NCBI GenBank assembly: GCA_000388065.2
Contig: KB932208.1
Direction: 5' to 3' (one strand)
DNA length: 28,360 bases
From: Fonticula alba ATCC 38817
Lineage: Eukaryota > Protista > Nucleariida
The translations under genes were made by a program, and so were the position numbers. Of this stretch, positions 1 through 8,861 are shown one piece after another. The stretch's first letter is position 1, and each line of letters opens with the position of its first letter. The notes under the pieces are model-generated. The model had not been told where the DNA came from. It saw only the letters and a program-made list of their open reading frames with translations, and ran no database searches.

Positions 1-49
1 CACCGCGCCGCCTGGCTCGCTGGGCTCTCCTTTGTCCTTGTGGAAATAG

Positions 50-1651
50 CTCCATCGTCAGCTGGCCGACATCGAGTCGGCCGTCGGCATGCGCTCGGCC
101 TGCATCTACGGCGGCTCCTCGTACGAGGCGCAGGCTCGCCAGATCCAGAGCGGAGTCGATATCCTGGTGGCCACCCCCGGGCGCCTGATCGATCTGATCA
201 ACAACCGCCACTGCGACCTCTCCGAGGTGAGTGTCGTGGCCCTGGATGAGGCCGACGAGATGATGTCCCCCTCCTTTTCGGATGACATCCAGTTCATGCT
301 TTCCCAGGCCCAGCGCGATCGCCAGATGCTCCTGTTCAGTGCGACCATGCCGCCGTCGGTGTCGTGCGTGTGGCATTCCTTTTGGTGGACCGCCCTTCCG
401 GACCTCGCCTCGTTGGTTCTCATACTAATTACCTTCCCCCCCCCCCCTCCCTCCCCCTTGCTCTCCTCCTCAGCTCCCTGGTCAACCGCTGCATGTCGCC
501 CAACTACCACACCATCGACACTGCCTCGACGGCTGTCCCCTCGAAGGTGCGCAGGCATGGGCACTCTGCGCCCCTCTCCCGCTGCCTCCGCCGCCCCTCC
601 TGCCCGAGGCAGCTGGGGCCAGGACATTGAGACTGACATACTTCCCCCCCCCCTCCCCCCTCCCCCCTCCCAGATCGCCCACTTCACCTTCCCCATTCGT
701 GGTCACGCCAGCCGGTCGCTGACCGCTTCGCTGCTGGTTTCCTCCCTGCGCCCCCGCCGTACCATCGTCTTCAGCAACAAGAAGACCGACGTGCGTCTTT
801 CGGCCTCCCGCCCGGCTCCTCCGCCACTCAATCCCCAGCACTGACACCTGTCTCCTCCTCGCCCGCGCCGGCCCTCACAGTGCACTGAGATTGCCGAGCG
901 CATGCAGTCGACCGGCATCGCCGCGGCGCCGGTCCACTCGGACCTGAGCCAGAGCGTGCGCACCGACCTGATGAACCGCTTCCGCAAGGGCACCCTCAAG
1001 GTCCTGGTTGCCACCGATGTGGCGGCTCGCGGCATCGACATCCCCGAGTGCGACCTGGTCATCCACACCGAGCCGCCCACCAGCCTGGAGAGCTATGTCC
1101 ACCGGTCTGGGCGCACTGGCCGCGCCGGGCGCACCGGTGTCGTGGCCATGTTCGACGATGGCCAGTCGAACCAGCTCCTGCGTGACATTTCCAACCGGGC
1201 CGAGCTGTCCTTCGTCGACGCGCCGACCGAGAATGACTTCGCCCTTTACTCGGTCAGCGATGCCATCGACCGCATTCTGGAGGTGGACGACGCCATCGCC
1301 GCGCACTACCTGCCCTCGGTGGACCTGCTCATCTCGCGCCATGGCGATGCCCGCTCTGTCCTGGCCAAGGCGGTGGCCTGCAATGCCGAGGGCTCCCGCA
1401 AGATGATTCAGGACATGTACCGCGAGCCGGTCCGGCATCAGTTCAGCCGCGGTGGCGACCGCGACCGCGGCTTTGGCGGCCGTGGCGACCGTGACCGTGG
1501 CGGCCGTGGCGACCGCGGCTTCGGTGGTGACCGCGACCGCGGCTTTGGCGGCCGTGGCGACCGTGATCGCGGCGGCCGTGGCGACCGCGATCGCGGCGGC
1601 CGTGGCTTCGGTGGTCGTGGCAGTGGCTATGGCAATGATTTCGGCTACTAG
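50..1651 (+). CDS. DEAD-box RNA helicase, DDX21/DDX50/RH7/RH53-like clade (5' partial; upstream exons outside window)
   Basis: Exons 50-363, 474-546, 674-790 and 881-1651 join in frame through GT-AG introns. Motifs seen: YGG, ATPGRLID, LDEADEM, FSATMP, TIVFSN, ATDVAARGIDIP, and [23 protein letters not shown], which is close to DDX21 [24 protein letters not shown] as recalled. The C-terminus is an RGG/DR-rich tail. Stop TAG at 1649-1651. Confidence 0.93.
1451..1620 (+). repeat. Degenerate coding tandem repeat encoding the GGDRDRGFGGRGDRDR RGG-type tail of the helicase
   Basis: Recurrent ggcgaccgcgaccgcggctttggcggccgt / ggcgaccgtgaccgtggcggccgt units, visible in both DNA and translation. Confidence 0.85.
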
Positions 1652-1672
1652 AGTGCTCCTCCGCCCTCCCGT

Positions 1673-1705
<33 letters not shown>

Positions 1706-1899
1706 CCTCTTTCTTCCCCGATACCAGCGGCAGTGATGTTGCCCTTCTTTCCTCGCGCACTGCTCAATCCCCCAAGCCTCCCCCCTTGTTGATAGACATC
1801 CATCCTTCTTTTGCACGCCGGCTGCTCTTTTTTGTTGGCCATGTTCATGTCCATGCCACGCGTGGGGGAGGGGGCGCCACATTTTTGGTGCCTCCGGCA

Positions 1900-3017
1900 T
1901 TAAGAGTCTTCCAAAAAGAGGGCGCCTGCCTGCGCGGCCAGCGCGCGAAAGGCCGAATAGGATACCCGCCCGGAGGCCGTGGAGCCCGGCGGGCGAGCGT
2001 CAATACGGGCGCCATTCCGAATCATGGCCAGCACATCGGCACGGCGGAGTGGGACATCCGGCAGACCCAGCAGCCGGAACATCCTCATCGAATTGTAGAT
2101 CGTCCTCACGGTCAGCCTGCTGGAGCATGGGGGGACCGGGGCGAGGGGGGCTGGCCAGCCCGCTGCCTGGGCAAACAGGGCCGCCCGAGCGGGGGCTTTA
2201 GGCTGCCCCGACCGAACGATAATGTCAAACAGCCGGATGGCCAGCAGCTCGCGATTGATGGCCGCCTGCGAAGGGAGGGGGGGGGCGGGGAGCCGAGCGT
2301 GTCAGGCGCGCGCATGAGTGCCAAGGGGCCCGCGACAGGGAGGACAGACGGACATACCTGGATAAGATGCAGGAGCTCGAGCAAGCCCGACAGAGGGAGA
2401 TACCCCCCAGCCCCGGGCAGTGGTGGGGGGCCGCTGCGCAGGTAGTCGGCCACGACATCGGCGGTCGCCTGGCGAATGGCCCGGTCAAACTGACATCGAG
2501 CACCTCCTCGATGGACCGGGCACCGGAGGACCCCAGCTGGCAGGGCTGGGGCCCGGTCATTTGCCACATTCAGCCCAACAAGACTCAGCAGGGTGGGCAA
2601 ATGGCGAAGATGCACACGCAAGTCCGCCATCCGAGCCGGGTGCTCAGGCGAGAGGTGGTACATGGATGCTTGACGCAGGGAGGCCTCCAGCGCGCCGGCC
2701 GTGGGACCTGGATCCTCGGCGAAGAGGAGGGCGGCCGAGCGGGCCCGTGCCATGCACATGGTGAAGCTGCTTCCGGAGCGCGGCGGGGATGGCATTGCTT
2801 CCGGGTAGGGCGTCGTGCCGGATGCCAGGGAAGCGAGGGAGGCTCAAACGGAGGAGAGGCCAGGCGATGGCGGGGGAGGGGAGAGCGGGGGGGGGAACAG
2901 GGGAGGAGGGAGTGGTGTAGATCGCAGCCAGGAGCTGCGGGGGAGGGGGGGGGGCAGATTGCACGGTCCTTTTACGGTCGCCGCGGTGTGGAGATCTGCG
3001 CGTGGCACCACCGCCAT
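1900..3017 (-). CDS. Degenerate calmodulin/centrin-like four-EF-hand-fold protein (Ca-binding residues lost, loops expanded); start uncertain
   Basis: Two exons are well supported: ~2766-2358 (donor GTATGT at 2357) and 2265-1900 (acceptor cttcgcag, phase 0, in frame to the stop). A first exon at 3017-2965 is tentative; ATGs at 2795 or ~2759 are alternatives. The helix pattern follows calmodulin/centrin: ARSAALLFAED, RVHLRHLPTLLSLVGLN, GGYLPLSGLLELL, RELLAIRLFD, SRLTVRTIYNSMRM, LRRADVLAMIR, SGRVSYSAFRAL. Confidence 0.6.
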
Positions 3018-3161
3018 CAGTTGGCAGCTCGGCCCGATCGGCGCGCCGGGGTTCTTGGCCGGCCGTGTTTCTAGATGGGGGCAGGGGCCCGGGCGACAGT
3101 CCCCCCCTCTCCACCGCGGTCCTGTTCAGCTGCTTTCCCTTGCTGGCCTCCGCTCCCCCCG

Positions 3162-3219
<58 letters not shown>
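3162..3219. repeat. Poly-C homopolymer (~58 nt) in the short head-to-head intergenic region
   Basis: Uninterrupted C run read directly. The exact length is unreliable for homopolymers. Confidence 0.9.
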
Positions 3220-3222
<3 letters not shown>

Positions 3223-3279
3223 TCCCCCCTCGCATTCGCCTCCTCGCACATAGGCCCTGATCCTGCGTCCCCTGCAAGC

Positions 3280-4501
3280 ATGGGCTTCCTCGGGCCGAAC
3301 CTCACGGCCACCGTGCTCGGGTCCTTCCTGTCCATAAAGCTCCTGGCCACCTTTGATGCCGCGCACCGGCTGCTCTCCGGGTACGCTGGGCGTGTGGTCC
3401 TGGCTCTCGATCGGCGGGCCTGCGTGTGGACATTTCCCGGCCCACTCACACGCCCCTCCCCCCTTGCCACGGCCATCAACTGACTCGTGCCCTTGCCTAG
3501 CATCCAATATTACCAGCTCCCCGATGAGAGCCAGCTTCGTGATGTCTTCCAGAAGGCTGCGCCCGTTGGAAAGGAGTATGTTCCCGGCTTTTCCCCCCGG
3601 TGTCGCCCTCTCTCTCCTTCTCTCTCTCCTTCTCTCTCTCCTTCTCTCTCACACACACATACACCGCTCTGGCCCCCTCTCCCACCCTGATCTACGTCTC
3701 AGTGGCTCGCTGGCGCATGACACCTTTGTCATCCCGATTGCCGAGCTGGCAGATCTGAAGCTCGAGCAGCAGGAGGTAGTGTTTGTGCCCTCCTCCCGCC
3801 CTTCCTCCTGCCCCTTTTGCCCGCCTTCTTGCACCCTCGAAGGCGTCCCCCTCCTTTCCCGCCGGGTGATCTGACAGTCCGTCCCGGTTGGCAGATTCGG
3901 CCCCCAGCCATCGGCCAAAATGGCATCCTCACCTTGCGGCCGACTTACGACGTGTATTCGTCGGTTTTGTCGGCTGGCGTGGCCGCCCTCCTGTCGCTCG
4001 GCACGGCGGAGCTCCTGTCGCGCGCTCTTCCCCGGTTTGCCCTCACCTCCGGATACTTTCCCTGGGCCCTGGCTCTGGCGGTCATGTCGTTTGTCTACAT
4101 CCTGTGCGTGCGCGCGCGCGCACTCGGACTCTCTTCCTCATCCTTCTTGCAAATGCGATTTTCTCATGCCGCCTCCTTCCCCCTCTCTCCCCCTCTCTTC
4201 CCCTCTCCCTCCCTCTCTCCATGCAGCGCTTCAACCGCGCGCGCCAGTGTCAAGCACGGGGTGCGCAACTTCGCCCTGCAGCGCTCCGTACGGGTGACGG
4301 TCTTCGCCCTGGTGGCGGCCCTGCTGCTTCTCTGGGCGGCGGATCCCGAGTCGTCTGGCCTTCCCGGCCCGCTGGTGTCGATCGATCTCCGGGGCCAGGT
4401 ATTTGACAGCATGCAAACCATGTGCCATGCATTCATGACCAGTGTCAACCAGGATCCCCTATCCAGGTGCGTAACCCTTGCCGGGTTTGCCCCCCCCCCC
4501 C

Positions 4502-4539
<38 letters not shown>

Positions 4540-5249
4540 CATGGGGCCGCATGGTCTGGACCCTGCTAACCCGGCTGCCCGTATCTCTGCCTCCTAGCTG
4601 CCGCATGTCATTCAGCAACCTCCAGCTGAGCGTGGCTCTCCTGCTGGGCTTCTCCACCGGAGTCATGGCACACGCCGCCCGGCGCCGGGCGCGCGCCATT
4701 TACCATCTGCTTTTCCTGCTGCCGGGCACCGGTCGCGGCGCTCGGCTACTGGCCATTCTTCCCCTGGCATTGAGTGCCCTCTTTTGCCTCTCCCTGACGC
4801 CGGTTCTCCCCCTGGTCCCGGGCCAGCAGAGCGCCTTGGCTGGGCTCGCGGCTGTCGCGCACATGCTGGCCCTGCGCCCGGTGCTGGCGGCCTACCTGGC
4901 GGCGGTGCCCTTCCGTTTGCGGCGCTTGGCCGCTCCTGGCGCCTCGTCCACGCGTCTGACCCTCGGTCTGGCCGAGCTCCAGAGCCACGTCGTGCCAACC
5001 CTGTTGCAGCTGTGCGTTGTGGCCACCGAATTGCTGAGTGTCCCGTTGCTGATGGCCCTGGCCGGCAGTGTGGCATGGAGTCTGCAGGATGTCACGGCCA
5101 GTCTCTCGCCCGGGCTCCGGGCCATTGGCACCCTGGCGAAGTTGACCCTCTGGTGGCTGCATGCGGCGACCGTCGGCTTGACCCTGGTCGGCCTGGCCCG
5201 GGCACACTATGACGCCCTCATGCCAGGCGGCGTGGTGAGTGATGTGTGA
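3280..5249 (+). CDS. TMEM161: TMEM161 family multi-pass membrane protein (~449 aa)
   Basis: Exons 3280-3380, 3501-3575, 3703-3775, 3895-4103, 4227-4466 and 4598-5249 total 1350 nt in frame. Colinear matches to recalled TMEM161B: MGFLGPNLTATVLGS~MGVIGIQLVVTMVMA; IQYYQLPDESQLR~LRWYQHPTEEELR; FVIPIAELADLKLE~LTIPKDIDLHLE; LRPVLAAYL~MRSHLQAYL; LCVVATELLSVPLLM~LCVIALQYVAPLVM; KLTLWWLHAA~SFLTWWIAAC. Confidence 0.88.
4502..4537. repeat. (AGCA)9 tetranucleotide microsatellite in TMEM161 intron 5
   Basis: agcaagcaagca... read directly inside the intron 4467-4597. Confidence 0.9.
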
Positions 5250-5496
5250 GTGTGAGAAGGCCGACAACCGCCAACAATGGAGCTGCCTTTGTTCTCTCCC
5301 TCCATTTTTTTCCCCTTCCCTTCGCCATCCGGATGGCAGGGGCGGGAGGGGGGCAGGAGGGGGGAAGGATTCTATGGTGTATTGATGTGCATGTGCGTGG
5401 GTGTCAGGATGTCGGCGGTGGGCTGCCGACAGCGAGCAAGAGCAAGCCACAGGGAACCCGGGCGGGCGCGAGGCAGGACAGCGCCAGGCAGCCCCC

Positions 5497-7456
5497 TTAC
5501 GAAAAGACTTGGCTGTAAACCCGGTGACAGAGGTCCGCCACAGAGGGGAAGTCCTCCCGCAGCAGGACGGCCACCGAGGTGTTCGGCAGAGCCGGGCTGT
5601 ATGTGGCCAGCTGCCGGGAGAGCAGAGGCCCGAAAGTGTGGGCAGTGGCCGGGGCCGCGCCAAGGATGAGGATTGGCAGGAGGTGTGCCGCCAGGTAGAC
5701 ATCTGCCGGGCCGAGTCTGCGGTGGCGAAAGGGTGTCAGCTTGGGAGGGAGGAGGGAGGGGGGGGAGGGGAGGTAGAAAGGAGAAGGACAAGCGGATTAG
5801 GCGTACTGCTCGCCAGCCAGGAAGCTACACCCTGGGATGCCGGCGTCGGCATCCCCCCGGAGGAGGGTCTCCAACTGGCGCAGAGCCGAGCAGAAGCGCT
5901 CCTGGGAGAACTGGGAGATGTTGAAACTGAGTCAGGACAGGCTGGCCGGGGGGGGGGGGGGCACAAAGGGAGGGCAGACGCATGTCGGCGCACGGTGTTC
6001 TGGCGCAAGGCAGACTCGTGTCTGAAGCTGTGTTCGAGGCGCTGCGAGGCGATGTATCGAGCCAACATGGTGCGCCCATTGCCGAAGGGTCGGCCACGCT
6101 GCATGGTCCAAAACCGCAGGAAGAGCTGGGCATTCGGCTGATCGTAGTACAGGTGGAACAGCTGCGGGAGGGGGGGGGGAGGGGGGGTCGGTCAATATGG
6201 CGAGCGGCGGGGGAATAGGGCCGACAGGAGCCCCAAGGAAGAGGGGGCGAAGCGGGACACAGCGGGACACAGCGACGCACCACAAACGGCCGAATCAGCT
6301 GGTGGATGAGAACCAGCAGCGCGTCGACCGCCGGATCGCCCGAAAAGAGGGGCCCCGGGACATCGGCGGGCGTGGCCTCGGCTGGGGGCTGGTACAGCCC
6401 AGGAACCGAGGTCGGCTGGGCGGCGGAAGCACGACCAAAGAAGGCACGAATGCTGTCCAGCGAGAGGCCGGCCCGGGCCCGGGCCAGCGCCTCGACCAGT
6501 GACTGGCGCACGGCCTCGCGCGACGGGGCCGCAGCCCATATCCGCCGGGGGAGGTCCGGGGCGATGGTCGCCGACGAGGCAAGCAGCTCGGCCAGACCGC
6601 CCGGGCGCGGGGGCGCCCCGGCGGCGGTGCTGCCAGCCGGCGGCGGGGGAGCCGCCAACGGGGCCGCCACAGGCGGCGGGGACGCCTGGAGAAGCAGCTG
6701 CCCGGCCGGGGCCGGGCCAGACGGAAGTGCGCTATAGTCCAGACGTTGGAGGAAGTGCAGCAGGCGCATCCGGTCCACCAGGGCCGTTTGCACATCGGCC
6801 GCCAGGACCTTGGGCTCATCATCCCCCTGGGTGGGAGCCGAGCGCGACACCGAAAAGAAGGGCAAGCCATCGAGCGAGGGCGCCCCCTCGGGGGCCACCC
6901 GGTCGCTGACCATGAACCGGAAGTTGGCGCTGGAGGGCGAGGCCCCCGGCGTGTCGCTCGGCACCCGGATGCGCGCCAAACGCAGGGCCATCAGCGCGAA
7001 GAGGCTGTCCACGTGGAAGGAAGGCAGGCGGTACTGCTGGAGCCAGGCCCGATCGGCGGCCTGGGCATCGGGGCCGCTGGCGTGCGAGGGGGTCACCGCC
7101 GGCAGGAGAACCGCCAGGGCCGGCCGGCGCACCGGGGACCACGGGTGAGCCAGCAGGGCACTGGCCCGGGCCGTCAGCGAGCGCAGCCATACCCACCCCG
7201 GCAGGCGCCGGAGGACGTATGCCTGCCATTCGGCCAGGGCCGCATCCAGGTGCGGGGACTCCGGCGTCACCGGCGCCGTGTGGCTTCGGCGCCGGCGAAT
7301 GTCCTTCGGCTCCAATTCGAAGGGCGGATGCACGAAAAGCAGGAACTGGTCATTCTGCTGCAGGGTCGCCTCGGAGGTGCGACTCCACGGGAGGTCCGGC
7401 CCCGGGGCGCCGGCAAGGCGCGTCAAGTGCCCGTCCAGGAAGGAGGACTCGTCCAT
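5497..7456 (-). CDS. Metaxin family protein (mitochondrial SAM complex Sam35/Sam37-like, GST fold), ~555 aa
   Basis: Exons 7456-6281, 6161-5994, 5910-5807 and 5716-5497 total 1668 nt in frame. Matches to recalled metaxins: YRLPSFHVDSLFALMALRL~WGLPSVDLDSLAVLTYARF; DALLVLIHQLIRPFVLFHLYYD~DTLAFMSLLEEKLLPVLVHTFWID; FLAGEQLGPADVYLAAHL~FFFGDAPASLDAFVFSYL; FPSVADLCHRVYSQVF~NLLAFCRRIEQHYF. There is no C-terminal TM helix, which is more like MTX2/Sam35. The acceptor at 5911 versus 5902 is ambiguous. Confidence 0.8.
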
Positions 7457-8374
7457 CTCTCGGGCAGGATCGATGCGCGACCAGGAGAGGAGGGCGATAG
7501 GCGGAGGGGGGGGGGGGCGGGAGCAAGGGGGAAGGAGAGGCAGGAAGGGGGGAGGGAGGAGGGGCGGCGGAGGGGGGCATGCAGGGCCGCGGCGGCGAGG
7601 CAGTCACACCAACCGGGCTCTTCTCTCGAGCCCAAGGCCTGCCCTCCTACCGGGCCGCGAGACGCACGTTTTCCCTCGGCATTCTGCCGGAGGGCCCTAG
7701 TCGCGTCGGTTGGCTGAATGGGGCGTGCCCGTGGCAGAGGCGGCGCCGGTGATGTGGCGGTGCCGGCGACTAAACTCCGGCGGGGCCCGAGGCCAGGCCC
7801 ATCCGCCTGGAGATGGGCCGGGAGATCCCCCGGCAGGCCGGAGGCCAGGAGCAGGAACACATATGGCGGCAGCCAACGAACATGGAACTGATCGCGTGAC
7901 GTGCGCGGTCAGGCGCCGCTTTTAGGTGGTGCCGGCCGGCCTCCGAGCCCTCCGCCTGCTCCCCGACCGCCGGAGATGTGGGCGTTGGCTGGCCGCCCGG
8001 CCCTCCCCCCCCCCCGGCCCCGCAGCCAGGGCGCCTCCCAAAAAGAAAAACACCCACAACCCCACAAAAACCAAGAAAAAAGAAAAAGGACAGGAAAAAA
8101 CACCCCCCCCGCAAAAGAACAAAACACAGGGCACCCCCCCCCCCCCAACCCCACCCACACACCCCAAAAACACCAGAACACCCCCCAACACCCCCACCAA
8201 AACAAACCCACACACACCACCACCCCCCCCCCACTCCGCCCGTCCCTCTCCCTTTCTCCTTTTCTCGGCCCTCGCTCGCGCCTGGCTCCGGTCCTCTTGC
8301 GTCCTCTGAAATCGTCACCCCCTATCCCCACCTCTCTCCCTAACACTTGCCACCTTGCTTTTCCCCGCCCTCAG

Positions 8375-8861
8375 ACCCCCCTCCGTGCGAACCCCGTGTC
8401 TTCCAACCACAAGTGCCACACGCACCTTGTCCGCTTCGAGTCTTGCACTCGCGCCGTACGCATCTCCCCCTGCTTTTGCCACCTGTTTTTTCCTCTCTCC
8501 TCCTCCTCCTGTCTCTCTGTTCTCCTCCCCTCACCTTTGCCGCCATTTCCCGATACTCGCCCCCCTGCTTGCACTTCCTGCCACCAGCTCCCCGAGGAGT
8601 CCTTCAAGTGCCAGCCGCAGTTCGAGAACTACATGGAGTGCCTCAACAACACCAAGGCCGTACGTGTGCCACCATCTCTCCTGCCCCTCCTTCCCTCGCC
8701 ATCTGTCCACCTTTCACTCACAAGACTCCCCTCCCCCCCCCCCCACACACACACAGAACGAGTACAAGAAGCTCGTCGCCGATCGCATGCGCTACATGGA
8801 GTCGAAGGGCATCCCCATCCCCCCCTACTCCCCGGCCGCCGGCGCCCCCAAGGCCGAGTAA
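8375..8861 (+). CDS. NDUFS5: Twin-CX9C protein, NDUFS5 (complex I 15-kDa subunit)-like; first exon/start codon not identified
   Basis: Exons 8375-8455, 8588-8659 and 8757-8861 (all phase 0) give TPLRANPVSSNHK-CHTHLVRFESC-TRALPEESFK-CQPQFENYMEC-LNNTKANEYKKLVADRMRYMESKGIPIPPYSP.... This has two CX9C motifs. It resembles NDUFS5 CHAFEKEWIEC...CKIEYDDFVECLLRQK...KEGKYTPPP as recalled. Other twin-CX9C families are not excluded. Confidence 0.7.

Noticed and set aside
2644-3507. ORFs with poly-Pro or poly-Gly runs
   Set aside because: They are translations of the intergenic C/G homopolymer.
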